A stretch of DNA of 37,939 bases from Hyphomicrobiaceae bacterium (GTDB lineage: Bacteria; Pseudomonadota; Alphaproteobacteria; Rhizobiales; JAKIUO01). The first letter of the stretch is position 1, and the number at the start of each line of letters is the position of its first letter. The DNA lies in the NCBI GenBank assembly GCA_021647535.1, contig JAKIUO010000002.1, forward strand, positions 1 to 37,939, read 5' to 3'. The notes beneath the pieces were generated by a model. It was not told the DNA's origin, made no database searches, and saw only the letters and a list, made by a program, of their open reading frames with translations. Shown piece after piece: positions 16,760 through 26,712 of the stretch. Position numbers and translations under genes: made by a program.

Positions 16760-17446
16760 TTAAACCTGTTCTTCCTGTGCCGTTAAGATAGCGGCCAGAG
16801 ACTCAAAGGGAGCACTTCCCGACGGCCCCCGCATTGCCCCAGGTGGTGGCGACTGTGGTCGAGCAGATACCAGCTCTTCCAGAGTTACTTCTCCATTGCC
16901 ATCTCGATCAAGATTGGCAAAAATCTCTTGTGCGGAGCGCGGACCACCAGCCTGTCCTGCTCTTCCCGGCTTCTCTGCTGGCTGCGCCTCTGTTTCCATA
17001 AACTCTTCCATAGACAAGCCGCCACTTTGATCCTCATCGGCCGCATCAAAAAGTTCGGAAACCACTTCCTGAAGAGCCAGCAACAGCTCAAGAGTATCAG
17101 AAGAAAACTGCCCTTGAGGAGCCGGTGGTTTCCCGGCAAGAAACTCTTCTTCGTTTATCTGACCATCTTCATTTTGGTCGATACGGGCAAATATTTCCTC
17201 CGCTCGCAGAGCCATACCGGAAGGTTTTTCCGGTCCGCCCGGGCCTCCAGGCCCATGTGGTCGATCCGCATGAAGCTTTGTAAACTCTTCGAGAGACAGG
17301 CTCCCATTTTGATCTGCATCGCCAGATTTAAATTTTTCGGCAATATTTTCCTGCATTCTGGCGCGCATATTAGAGTAATCGGGCATTCCCCCCGACAATC
17401 CACCAATTGGCATCGTTTTCTTCCTTTGCATCTGATAAGGCTCCAT
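16760..17446 (-). CDS. EF-hand calcium-binding protein with four EF loops
   Basis: Four canonical 12-residue loops are present: DADQNGSLSLEE, DQNEDGQINEEE, DEDQSGGLSMEE and DRDGNGEVTLEE. They are separated by Pro/Gly-rich linkers. Confidence 0.8.
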   Translation of the reverse strand: MEPYQMQRKKTMPIGGLSGGMPDYSNMRARMQENIAEKFKSGDADQNGSLSLEEFTKLHADRPHGPGGPGGPEKPSGMALRAEEIFARIDQNEDGQINEEEFLAGKPPAPQGQFSSDTLELLLALQEVVSELFDAADEDQSGGLSMEEFMETEAQPAEKPGRAGQAGGPRSAQEIFANLDRDGNGEVTLEELVSARPQSPPPGAMRGPSGSAPFESLAAILTAQEEQV

Positions 17447-17529
17447 TCCGGTATTGAAATGAAGACAAAACGCGTAAACATTGGAAATTAACCATGCAAA
17501 ATGCGGACCATTCTTCAGCCAAAGAACAT

Positions 17530-18228
17530 TTACGAACCAGAAGACATTTTATGCCACAAGGGCGCATCGCCCAGCGTCTTGATGAAGGCTTCATGGGCCT
17601 CGCGCTCTTCATCGGTCAGCAGCGAGGGCAAAGGCGTTGCGCGCGGTTTGACACGGGCGACCTGCAAACCGCCCTCGCTTTCACTGCGCGACCCGGCCCC
17701 CAGATCAAGCCCGGCCTGATGGCCGCCAATCAGCTCCAGATAGACCTCGGCCAGCAACTCGCTATCGAGCAGCGCCCCATGTTTTTCACGCGATGAATTA
17801 TCAATATTGAAGCGGCGACAAAGGGCATCCAGATTATTGGCCGCGCCGGGATATTTCTGGCGCGCCATGGTCAGCGTATCAATCACATGGGTCCAGGCAA
17901 TGATTGGCCGCCCGGCCTTTTCCAGCTCAAAATTCAAAAAACCGATATCAAAGCTGGCATTGTGAATGATCAGCTTGGCCCCGTCGATAAACTCCAGAAA
18001 GCCATCCGCCAGATCCCCAAACAAAGGTTTGTCCGACAAAAATTCCTCTGACAAACCATGCACCTTGAATGCCGGCTCAGGCATATCGCGCTGCGGATTG
18101 ACATATTCATGATAGACTTTGCCAGTGGCAAAGCGGTTGACCATTTCCACGCAACCAATTTCAACAATGCGGTCGCCTTCTTTATGCGACAGCCCCGTAG
18201 TTTCCGTATCCAGCATGATTTCGCGCAT
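17530..18228 (-). CDS. dnaQ: DNA polymerase III epsilon subunit (3'-5' exonuclease)
   Basis: Exo motifs MLDTETTG, IIHNASFDIGFL and HGALLDSELLAEVY are present. I moved the start to Met54 (nt 18228), after AAGGAG and 10 nt downstream of the coaE stop. Confidence 0.9.
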   Translation of the reverse strand: MREIMLDTETTGLSHKEGDRIVEIGCVEMVNRFATGKVYHEYVNPQRDMPEPAFKVHGLSEEFLSDKPLFGDLADGFLEFIDGAKLIIHNASFDIGFLNFELEKAGRPIIAWTHVIDTLTMARQKYPGAANNLDALCRRFNIDNSSREKHGALLDSELLAEVYLELIGGHQAGLDLGAGSRSESEGGLQVARVKPRATPLPSLLTDEEREAHEAFIKTLGDAPLWHKMSSGS

Positions 18229-18238
18229 AAATTTCTCC

Positions 18239-18826
18239 TTAAGCCGAATTAGGTAGTTTTTCAAGAAACTGGTCGAGGGCCTGGTAAAATTCTTCCAGCG
18301 TGGTGCTATTGTCGATAATATAATCGGCTTTTTGACGTTTTTCGTCCTGATCCATCTGGCGCGCCCGCAGCATATCGAATTTTGCAACGCTCATGCGCGG
18401 ACGGGCCAGGACACGCGCCCGTTGCACCTCTGGAGAGGCCGCAATCAACAAAGCCAGATCGACCCGCTCGTGCAGGTTTTTCTCAAATAATAAGGGGATA
18501 TCCAGCAAAATGGTCCGGCTGCCCTTTGCCCGGTGATCGGCGATAAAACGGGCGCGATCCTGCTCCACCAAAGGGTGAATGATCGCCTCAAGCTTGCCAA
18601 GTTCCTGTGGAAAACTCATCAAATAGCGTGTCAGGCGTTCGCGATCAACTTCGCCCTGCTGCACCGTGCCGGGGAAGGCCTGTTCAATCAGCTGTGCCGT
18701 CGTGCCGCGATAAAGGTCATGCACCGCCCCATCAGCACTCCACACCAACAATCCCTTGTCGGCCAGATAATCGGCAGCCGTTGTTTTTCCCGTTCCAATG
18801 GAACCCGTCAGGCCAATAACCAGCAT
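18239..18826 (-). CDS. coaE: dephospho-CoA kinase
   Basis: P-loop GLTGSIGTGKTT. The length and the aroE-coaE-dnaQ gene order also fit. Confidence 0.9.
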   Translation of the reverse strand: MLVIGLTGSIGTGKTTAADYLADKGLLVWSADGAVHDLYRGTTAQLIEQAFPGTVQQGEVDRERLTRYLMSFPQELGKLEAIIHPLVEQDRARFIADHRAKGSRTILLDIPLLFEKNLHERVDLALLIAASPEVQRARVLARPRMSVAKFDMLRARQMDQDEKRQKADYIIDNSTTLEEFYQALDQFLEKLPNSA

Positions 18827-18829
18827 GGC

Positions 18830-19660
18830 TTATCCCGTTAAATCGGCGATCACCAGATCGCGTAATTCATCTGTCACTTCAGGGCGCACGCCAAACCAGT
18901 GCTCAAATCCCGGCACCGCCTGATGCAGCAACATGCCCAGACCATCCACTGTACGGCAGCCTTTTTGCCGGGCCGCTGCCAGCAGTTCTGTCTCCAGCGG
19001 CGCATAAACAATATCAGCCACAACGGCATCACGGGGCAGAGCTTCCAGCGACAGATCAAGCGATGGCGACCCCTCCATGCCAAGGCTGGTGGTGTTGACA
19101 ACAAGGCTGCATCCGACCAGCGCCCGATGACGTCCATCCCAGTCAACCACCGTAATCTTGTGGTCTTTGAAAAAACTTTGCAGCTCGCGCGCCCGCTCAA
19201 TGGTCCGATTACAAAGGCGCACTTCGCTAGCCGCCCCCGACTTTAACAAACCATAGACAATGGCTCTGGCCGCGCCGCCAGCGCCCAACACAGCGACCGT
19301 CCCGCCCTGGAGCCAGTCCGGCGCAGATTGTTGCAGATGAGCGAGAAAGCCGTATATGTCGGTATTGTCAGCGTGCAGCTTGCCGCCCTCAAGCCACAAT
19401 GTGTTGGCGGCATTGACCGCATTGGCCTCGTCATGCACCACATCAGCTTGCGCAAAAACCGTTTCCTTGTGTGGCACGGTGACATTGCAACCAACAAAGC
19501 CGTTTTGCTCAAGCTGTTTGAGGAAATCAGCCAGTTCTGCCGGGCGAACAGCTACCTTCTCATAGCGGCTTTCAATGCCATATTTTTCCAGCCAATAACC
19601 ATGGATAAGCGGCGAGCGCGAATGTTTGATGGGCCAGCCGATCACACAGGCTTTTTTCAT
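18830..19660 (-). CDS. aroE: shikimate dehydrogenase
   Basis: Motifs VIGWPIKHSRSPLIHGYW, NVTVPHKE, NTDIYGF and GAGGAARA are present. Confidence 0.9.
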   Translation of the reverse strand: MKKACVIGWPIKHSRSPLIHGYWLEKYGIESRYEKVAVRPAELADFLKQLEQNGFVGCNVTVPHKETVFAQADVVHDEANAVNAANTLWLEGGKLHADNTDIYGFLAHLQQSAPDWLQGGTVAVLGAGGAARAIVYGLLKSGAASEVRLCNRTIERARELQSFFKDHKITVVDWDGRHRALVGCSLVVNTTSLGMEGSPSLDLSLEALPRDAVVADIVYAPLETELLAAARQKGCRTVDGLGMLLHQAVPGFEHWFGVRPEVTDELRDLVIADLTG

Positions 19661-19663
19661 GAG

Positions 19664-20473
19664 CTAACCAACCGCCGCCGCATCTTCACGTTCTTCCAGA
19701 AAATCAAGCAGGCTTTCAATAAACCGGTCAGGCTGTTGCAGAGGCAGCATATGAGAGGCGTTTTCGAAGGTTTGCAATTTTGCCCCCGGTACCTGAGCGG
19801 CAATCTCTTGCGACATGACGGGCGGTGTGCCAGCATCATCTGCCCCCACCATAACCAGTGTTGGTGCCGTAATGTTTGGCAGATGGGCCGAAAGGGCTAG
19901 ATCCCGTATGGCCGCCGCCCAGCCGCAAAAACCATTGACTGACGTATTGGCAATCTGCTTCTTGATCTCCTCTATAATGCTATCGCCACTTTCCAGGAAA
20001 TCCCTGGTAAACCAACGATCTATGGTTGGGTCCACCAAGGGGGCCATGCCTTGCGCGCGCACTTGCGCAATACGCTCGTCCCAGATCGGCCCGGCTTCAG
20101 CTGGCATTTGACTGGTGGTCGAAACCAGCACGAGGCCCTCTACACGGTCAGCGGCGGCAATACCCAGATATTGCGAAACCATACCGCCCATGGAAAGCCC
20201 CACATGTGTGGCTTTCTGGATGCCCAATACATTCATCAGGCCCACCGCATCTCCGGCCAACTGTTGAAAGCTATAATCTCCGGCAGGGCCATCCGTTTTG
20301 CCATGCCCGCGCGCATCAAAACGCAGCACACGATGCATCTGCACCAGGGCCAGCGAGAGGTCATCCCACATATCGAGGGACGTCGCCAGAGAATGATGCA
20401 ACATCAGCACCGGCGCGCCCTCTTCTCCGTCAATTTCATATTCAATGGCAAGATCGCCCACTTGTATTTTCAT
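19664..20473 (-). CDS. alpha/beta hydrolase, 3-oxoadipate enol-lactonase-like
   Basis: HHSLATS...FDARGHGKT and the nucleophile elbow GLSMGG are present, with a C-terminal His (ASHM). It lies 3 nt upstream of aroE, so it is probably in the same operon. Confidence 0.8.
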   Translation of the reverse strand: MKIQVGDLAIEYEIDGEEGAPVLMLHHSLATSLDMWDDLSLALVQMHRVLRFDARGHGKTDGPAGDYSFQQLAGDAVGLMNVLGIQKATHVGLSMGGMVSQYLGIAAADRVEGLVLVSTTSQMPAEAGPIWDERIAQVRAQGMAPLVDPTIDRWFTRDFLESGDSIIEEIKKQIANTSVNGFCGWAAAIRDLALSAHLPNITAPTLVMVGADDAGTPPVMSQEIAAQVPGAKLQTFENASHMLPLQQPDRFIESLLDFLEEREDAAAVG

Positions 20474-20565
20474 GGTAGCTCCTTAGAGTGATCTTTAAAT
20501 CTGTACATACGATAATCATTAAAAGCGCCGACAACAAGCCCTGTTTCTGAATTGGAAAAACCTTC

Positions 20566-22410
20566 ATGTTCCCCGCCCTGCTCCCCGATCTTCCAATGGA
20601 CCAAATCATCCTTTTTTCGCTACTCGTGGTGGTCTTTGCGATGCTGATCTGGGGGAAGTTTCGCTATGATCTAGTGGCCTTCGGGGCGCTGGTGGTCGCG
20701 CTTATTCTTAATGTGGTGCCCCACGAAAAGGCCTTTGACGGCTTTGGTCACGAAGCAACGATCATTATCGCGCTGGTGCTGGTCATATCGCGCGGCCTGT
20801 CAAATTCGGGGGCCATCGATCTGATTGGCCGATTGGTCATCGACAAAAGCCGCTCCCTGTTCGCCCATATCGGCATCACCTCGATTGTTGCCGCCGCCCT
20901 GTCTGCGCTCATGAACAATGTCGCCGCGCTGGCCCTGTTGATGCCGGTCGATCTCAAAGCTGCCATCAAGGCCAAACGCTCTCCAGCCCTGACCTTGATG
21001 CCCTTGTCCTTTGCCACCATTCTTGGCGGCCTCGTCACCCTCATCGGTACGCCGCCCAATATCATCATTGCCAGCTTTCGCGGCACCGTCCAAAAAGACC
21101 CGACCTGCAACCCAAAACTTGGGGTTTGCGAAACGCTTGAGCCATTTGGCATGTTTGATTTCACGGCTGTCGGGGTGGTTGCCGCCATCACCGGCGTGTT
21201 CTTTATCACCACCATTGGCTGGCGGCTTATTCCCTCTTCCGCCACCGAACACGACGCCAGTGAAAAGCTCATCAGCGAAGTCAAATCCTATATTGCCGAA
21301 ATCCGGGTGCCGGTCGATAATGAAAATATCGGCAAACTGGTGCGCGAGCTCGACGCAATCGCCGAAGACAATGATATTGCCATAATCGGTCTGGTGCGCG
21401 ATGCCCGACGTCTACCAGGGCAGGCCCGACTGGCCGATATTCGGGCCAGCGATATTCTGGTGATTGAAGCCGATGCCAAGGCTATTGACAGTTTTGTCGG
21501 AGCGCTCAAGCTGGAATATGTCGGGGCTGACAAAAACCAAAAGCTGACTGCCAAAGGCCACTCTTTGATGGAGGTCGTCATCCCACAGGGAGCGGAAATC
21601 GAGGGCCGCTCTTCTTTAAACATGCGCTTATTGTCCCGTCATGATGTTCTGGTGCTGGGCGTATCCCGCCAAGGCCGACGCTTTCATGAACGCGTGCGCA
21701 GCCTGCGCATAAAAGCGGGGGATGTTTTGCTACTGCTCGGCCCCAATGAAAGCCTCAACGAGATCGCCAGCTGGATTGGCGGCCTGCCTCTGCAAGAGCG
21801 TGAATTGCAGGTCGCACAACGCCAGAAAGCCAGTCTGGCCGTTGGCCTGTTCGCCAGCGCCATTGCATTGGCCAGTTTTGGCATTTTGCATCTGCCGACC
21901 GCGCTGGCTGCTGTTTGCGTGCTGTTTGTGCTGTTTAATATTGTGCCGGTGCGTGAAATCTACACAAGCATTGAATGGCCGGTGATTGTTTTGCTGGGCT
22001 CGATGATCCCTATTGGCGCAGCGCTGGAAAGTTCTGGCGGCACCGCCTTGATTGCCAATAATATTGTCAATATGGCTGCAGGCTATGGCCCGATGATCGT
22101 CCTTACCTTGTTGATGATCGTCACCATGACCCTGTCTGATGTGCTCAATAACACCGCCACCACGGTGATCGCCGCCCCCATCGCCATCGACATCGCCACC
22201 CGTTTGCATGTGTCCCCCGACCCCTTTTTGATGGCCGTCGCCATTGCTGCTTCGTGTGCCTTCCTGACGCCCATAGGACACAAAAACAACACCCTGATCA
22301 TGGGCCCCGGTGGTTATCGCTTTGGTGATTATTGGCGCATGGGTCTGCCCTTGGAAATCATCGTCATAGCCGTCTCCATCCCAATGATCATGTGGGTCTG
22401 GCCGTTTTAG
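20566..22410 (+). CDS. SLC13/DASS-family permease with two central TrkA-C domains
   Basis: The protein has about 10 TM helices. A central soluble ~200 aa carries a duplicated TrkA-C pattern (...IAEIRVPVDNENIGKLVREL... and ...LMEVVIPQGAEIEGRS...). Confidence 0.8.
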   Translation: MFPALLPDLPMDQIILFSLLVVVFAMLIWGKFRYDLVAFGALVVALILNVVPHEKAFDGFGHEATIIIALVLVISRGLSNSGAIDLIGRLVIDKSRSLFAHIGITSIVAAALSALMNNVAALALLMPVDLKAAIKAKRSPALTLMPLSFATILGGLVTLIGTPPNIIIASFRGTVQKDPTCNPKLGVCETLEPFGMFDFTAVGVVAAITGVFFITTIGWRLIPSSATEHDASEKLISEVKSYIAEIRVPVDNENIGKLVRELDAIAEDNDIAIIGLVRDARRLPGQARLADIRASDILVIEADAKAIDSFVGALKLEYVGADKNQKLTAKGHSLMEVVIPQGAEIEGRSSLNMRLLSRHDVLVLGVSRQGRRFHERVRSLRIKAGDVLLLLGPNESLNEIASWIGGLPLQERELQVAQRQKASLAVGLFASAIALASFGILHLPTALAAVCVLFVLFNIVPVREIYTSIEWPVIVLLGSMIPIGAALESSGGTALIANNIVNMAAGYGPMIVLTLLMIVTMTLSDVLNNTATTVIAAPIAIDIATRLHVSPDPFLMAVAIAASCAFLTPIGHKNNTLIMGPGGYRFGDYWRMGLPLEIIVIAVSIPMIMWVWPF

Positions 22411-22446
22411 AGCAAGAGGCTGCACCAATCGGCAAGACCTCTTAGC

Positions 22447-24378
22447 TTAGGGTCTTTTACGCGTGCGTCTTCGTACCGGCTTTTTGCGGCCAATGGCTCT
22501 GGCACCGCGCATCAGGGCGCGGCGGCGTTTTGAGACGGGGCGTCTTGCCACGCGACGGCGGCGCGATTTGACCCTGACTTTTTTACGAACAGATCGCCTC
22601 AGGCGTTTGCGGTTTTTCAGCGCTAAAAATTTACGACAGCTTGCGCGATTATAGTTACAGCCTGCCCGGGAACCACGGGCGCGCCTTCGACTGGTACCGC
22701 GACGGCTTCTTCTGACCACCCTTCTGGCAGGCTGCCAGCCGGGAATAAAAGCTTGCAGACCATAGCAATCCTTGCCACCTGTCCCTGCTTCTTGCGCCCC
22801 GTCGCGCGCAAATACATAGCGTTTGTTGCATACACTAACTTCTGGCAATGTCCTGTTTTTTTCAAACAGATCATAACCCTCTTTCAGATTGTACCAAAAG
22901 CTCGTCCATGGGCTGTTTTCATGTCGTTCTATATTGGCTTTGGTCAGCTTGAACGGGAACACATGAATGGCAAATTTTTGCTGGCCATGATCGCGCGCCA
23001 ACTGCGCCAGCTCATGTACCTCCTTGATCACCGGATTGGTCATGGCAAAGCAGCCCGATGAGGTACAACCGCCATGCACGAGGATCAACGACCCGGTACG
23101 GCCATGCAGTTTGTCATAGGCATTGGGATAGCCAATGGAAAAGCTGCCTTTCCATTTCCACGAGCGCCGGTTGAACAGTTGATCATCAACAAGATAAAAG
23201 CCTTCCGGGCTCTGGCGATCACCCTCATAAAGCTTGGGTCCAAATGAGCCAGACCAGCGGCAGATTTTATAGGTGTGAAACAGGGCATAACGCCCGTCTT
23301 TTTCAAGCCAGACCTCTAACAAAGAGCGGTCCTTGAATATACGCATATAAACAGGCGTTCCTGCCTCAAAGCCTTTTTCCTTGAGACGCGCCGCCAACAG
23401 GGCCGAAACATCTCCAGTAACAGAACGCGATTGCCTCAATAGCTCTTTGTGCTTTTCCAGCAGCTTGATACTCGACCAACCCGCGACCTGGTCCGCACTG
23501 CATTGATAGGTTTTGTCTATTTTTAGCAGAACTTTGCCTTTCAACAAAGCCCTGTCTTTCATCAAAACGTTGCCTTTCAGCGGGATCTTGTCTGCTTCAG
23601 GAGGGAGAATTTTGCTGACATCCAACAGTACATCAGGTTTGTTTTTATCCAGAAATTCTGCTCGCGCACTGCCATAGGCAATCACTGCCCGACGAACCAG
23701 GGGAAAGCTCTTCGTCAGGTCGAGCCCGACCAGCCTGACTTTTAAGCTCTCATCTGACTGTGAAGACTGTAGCCCCCCCATGGATTGTCCCAAAGAGTAT
23801 TGATCAGGGGCAATGGTTTCAGCAAAAGCTCCTAAAGCCTCGGCCTGCCTGGCCAAGACAAAATTCTCAATCGGCTGGAGCGTTTGTAAAACAGCCTCAA
23901 ACGCGGGCTCGACCACGCGACTTTCAGCAAGCAACACCATCTCTTGATAGCTCTCAGCTTCTGGCTGCTTTTTGGAGAGCATAATCGTATTTTTTTCGAC
24001 CGATTTTGGTTTTTTAAACACGGTTTGAGCCAGAGCGACCGGGGGCTGAACCCACCATTTTCCCTGCACCACGGCCTGACGGTTATGCCTTTGCCACCAT
24101 TGCGCTAGCTCAGCCCCCTTTTCACCTCGCCCCCCTTTTTTCAAAACTTTGTTTTGATGGGCGGCGTAAGAGCTGCTAAAAGAAGGCTCAATATGAATTG
24201 ATTGGTCGTATTTTTTGCTCGAAACAAGAACCGGCTTTGCGTTATCGGCTGCAATGCGCTGTTCTTTTTCAATTGGCAAAGAAGAAATGACTGCGCCTAT
24301 TAAATAGGCTGCAAAAAGAGCGAAAAAAACCGCTCGGGCCATCATGTTTTTTAATTCTGTTTCCTGGCTCGTATCCAT
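22447..24378 (-). CDS. YkuD-type L,D-transpeptidase family protein with N-terminal anchor and 93-aa poly-basic C-terminal tail
   Basis: The catalytic motif is LILVHGGCTSSGCFAMTN. The N-terminal TM is MMARAVFFALFAAYLIGAVI. The last 93 aa contain 36 Arg and 10 Lys with no Asp or Glu. Confidence 0.8.
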   Translation of the reverse strand: MDTSQETELKNMMARAVFFALFAAYLIGAVISSLPIEKEQRIAADNAKPVLVSSKKYDQSIHIEPSFSSSYAAHQNKVLKKGGRGEKGAELAQWWQRHNRQAVVQGKWWVQPPVALAQTVFKKPKSVEKNTIMLSKKQPEAESYQEMVLLAESRVVEPAFEAVLQTLQPIENFVLARQAEALGAFAETIAPDQYSLGQSMGGLQSSQSDESLKVRLVGLDLTKSFPLVRRAVIAYGSARAEFLDKNKPDVLLDVSKILPPEADKIPLKGNVLMKDRALLKGKVLLKIDKTYQCSADQVAGWSSIKLLEKHKELLRQSRSVTGDVSALLAARLKEKGFEAGTPVYMRIFKDRSLLEVWLEKDGRYALFHTYKICRWSGSFGPKLYEGDRQSPEGFYLVDDQLFNRRSWKWKGSFSIGYPNAYDKLHGRTGSLILVHGGCTSSGCFAMTNPVIKEVHELAQLARDHGQQKFAIHVFPFKLTKANIERHENSPWTSFWYNLKEGYDLFEKNRTLPEVSVCNKRYVFARDGAQEAGTGGKDCYGLQAFIPGWQPARRVVRRSRRGTSRRRARGSRAGCNYNRASCRKFLALKNRKRLRRSVRKKVRVKSRRRRVARRPVSKRRRALMRGARAIGRKKPVRRRTRKRP

Positions 24379-24575
24379 GCTTATCCAGCACCTCTACTCT
24401 ATTACTTACTTATAGAATAATAATAAGCTGGAGGACAAAGCACAAGAAAATAAAGACTAGCCAACTTGCACAGCAAGAAATCAACCATCTGTTCTATGGC
24501 CCTTTTTAGGATTTAACACTTTATCATATATGCAAAAGGCTATTTTACCAGCACATATGCAAACCCCAAAAGAGA

Positions 24576-25085
24576 CTATTTTACGCGCACCATCAGGGTT
24601 TCACCAACCTGATCCGGCCTTTTCTTACCCGTATATTTTATGCGCCAACTGATCAGCATTTTGCCTCCCTGGCGCGTTAACTCTATATATCTTTGAGATA
24701 AAAACATGCGGAAACGGGCCTTCAATTTCCCCTTTTCTGCCAATCTGCCTAGCGAGCGCCCCCAAACACAATCGAAAGGCGAACAGGTGCTGGAAGGCCG
24801 CAAAGTATATTCGCGATAGGTCGACTTCGTTTGAATTCCAAGATCTCCGGCCCAAGGATTATTGATGGCAACAGGCTCGGAAATGACCTGCTTGCAACGG
24901 TCAGTTATGGACAGTTTTGATAAAAATGACACAGTTGGTTCGCTGGAAACCCAGGAACCGGTAAAGGGAGACAGCTCACATTTCACGCTGCGAGAGACCT
25001 GTTTGGCCGCCACCATATTATTATGGACCGGTAGCATGTAGACCAGAGCAAAAACGGACAGAAAAAATGCGGCGCGAAAGGGCAT
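24576..25085 (-). CDS. secreted hypothetical protein
   Basis: The signal peptide is MPFRAAFFLSVFALVYMLPV. The mature part contains several Cys. The RBS GGGGAGGAA lies upstream. No family recognised. Confidence 0.6.
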   Translation of the reverse strand: MPFRAAFFLSVFALVYMLPVHNNMVAAKQVSRSVKCELSPFTGSWVSSEPTVSFLSKLSITDRCKQVISEPVAINNPWAGDLGIQTKSTYREYTLRPSSTCSPFDCVWGRSLGRLAEKGKLKARFRMFLSQRYIELTRQGGKMLISWRIKYTGKKRPDQVGETLMVRVK

Positions 25086-25228
25086 GATTCAAGGGCTCCA
25101 AATAATTCCTCCCCTTGAAATATAAAAAACCGCAGGGAAAGCCCGTTAATAATATTAAAATATTGATTAATATTACGTTACCCAAAGCAATGAAAAGTTA
25201 GATACTTGTAAAGAAGAATATATCAGCC

Positions 25229-26566
25229 CTATTTATAAAGATCAGCACGACTTGGTGGCAGTTTCGTCGGTCCCTTGGGGTTTTTGCTGGCCAGTGTTTG
25301 ATAGAGCCGAGCCGAGCCCCGCAAAAAGGCCAGCGACACCCCGCCCAGATAGGCCACCCAGATACGATAGGCCTCAATACCGACAATCTCAATGGCCTTT
25401 TCTCTATTTTTGGTCAAGCGATCACACCAGAGCTGCGTGGTCAGTTGGTAATGTTCGCGCCACCCCTCCACATCCATGATCTCGAATTTGTGTTGCTCCA
25501 GCGCCTCTATGGTGTGGCCCAGGTCATCCAGCTCCCCTCCCGGAAAAATATATTTCTGCAAAGCGCGTTGTTCGGGACGGGAATTAAAGCGGCTTTTTTT
25601 CTTTTTGGCCTTGCGCGAAATAGCGTGATTGAGGAACAGCCCCTTATCCACCAGCAAGCGATTGACGGTGGAAAAATAAACATCCGTATTGGCCACGCCA
25701 ATGGCTTCGGCCATACCGATGGAGGCGATTTTATCATAGGGCCCCTCAAGCTCTGTATAATCTTTGAGCTCAATGGTCACGCGGTCCTCAAGGCCAAGCT
25801 TGTCGATCTTGGCTTTGGCATATTCATATTGCTCGGTCGACAGGGTCACGCCGTGCGCCTTGACGCCAAAATATTTGGCAGCATGACAAATCAGCCCGCC
25901 CCAGCCGCAACCAATATCCAGAAAACGCTCTCCTTTTGAAAGACGCAGCTTGCGACAGATCATTTCCAGCTTATCATACTGCGCCTTATCAAGAGAACTG
26001 TCCCAATCCGTAAAATAGGCGCAGGTATAGACCATGTGTTCGCCCAAAAAGAGCTTATAAAATTCGTTAGACAGATCATAATGAAACTCGATAAAGGCCT
26101 TGTCATCGCCTTTGGTGCGCTTGCCCGGATCACCGCTTTCATCGCCGGCAAAGCCGCGCGTCTGCCCCGGCTTCAAGGTCGGCGCGAACAAGAAGGTGCG
26201 GCCAAATTCGAAGATGTCCCGCTTGGGAATGTTTTTGAGACGTCCTCGGGTATGCTTGAAGGCCAGTCGCGCCCCCACATCCAGCAAGGTGCCGCCCTCA
26301 AAATCAATCATCCCTTTGATATAATGTCGGATAATGACATCGAGCGATGGTTTGCGCAGCAAGGAGGTGATCACACCAGGATGTTTGATAATGAGCAGTA
26401 AATCGCTCTGCACATCAAGGCCGAGCGGGATCACCGAGCCATCCCAGAGTTTTACCGACAGATCCACATTGAGCTGCTCGCCAACCTCACAAAACAGTTT
26501 TCGCGCCGCTTGCAACTGACGCTCTTCGCGCGCACTCAACTGGCCAATTTTTTTATTGTTATTCAT
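25229..26566 (-). CDS. cyclopropane-fatty-acyl-phospholipid synthase family SAM-dependent methyltransferase
   Basis: The SAM motif is FLDIGCGWGGL. The CMAS-family pattern HYDLSNEFYKLFLGEHMVYTCAYF is present. I moved the start to Met28 (26566). Confidence 0.85.
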   Translation of the reverse strand: MNNNKKIGQLSAREERQLQAARKLFCEVGEQLNVDLSVKLWDGSVIPLGLDVQSDLLLIIKHPGVITSLLRKPSLDVIIRHYIKGMIDFEGGTLLDVGARLAFKHTRGRLKNIPKRDIFEFGRTFLFAPTLKPGQTRGFAGDESGDPGKRTKGDDKAFIEFHYDLSNEFYKLFLGEHMVYTCAYFTDWDSSLDKAQYDKLEMICRKLRLSKGERFLDIGCGWGGLICHAAKYFGVKAHGVTLSTEQYEYAKAKIDKLGLEDRVTIELKDYTELEGPYDKIASIGMAEAIGVANTDVYFSTVNRLLVDKGLFLNHAISRKAKKKKSRFNSRPEQRALQKYIFPGGELDDLGHTIEALEQHKFEIMDVEGWREHYQLTTQLWCDRLTKNREKAIEIVGIEAYRIWVAYLGGVSLAFLRGSARLYQTLASKNPKGPTKLPPSRADLYK

Positions 26567-26712
26567 GTCTGTGCATCCAGGACCTGTATCGTTGAGCCGG
26601 TTATATTTTTGCGAGTAATCTATGCGCGGATCAGCCCCGCAGGTCAATGAGAGACAGGCCGTTTGCCAATCGCCTTGAACTTCATGTGGACGAATTGTCG
26701 ATATAGCGTTCC

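Noticed and set aside
16928-17491. 187-aa plus-strand ORF, together with the overlapping minus-strand ORFs 16885-17139 and 17155-17481
   Set aside because: They overlap the EF-hand gene, whose four canonical Ca loops identify the true frame.
19328-20491. Plus-strand ORFs 19328-19900, 20026-20478 and 20051-20491
   Set aside because: They lie antisense to aroE and to the alpha/beta hydrolase. Their translations are Arg/Pro/His-rich with no motifs.
21730-22428. 232-aa minus-strand ORF rich in His/Gly/Asp
   Set aside because: It lies entirely antisense to the well-supported SLC13 permease gene. Its composition is a mirror artefact of hydrophobic codons, and it has no RBS.
22463-22654. Arg-rich 63-aa plus-strand ORF
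   Set aside because: It is the mirror image of the poly-Arg tail coding region, because CGN codons read as NCG/GCG on the other strand. It is not independent evidence for a gene.
25298-25939. 213-aa plus-strand ORF
   Set aside because: It lies antisense to the CFA-synthase-like methyltransferase gene.
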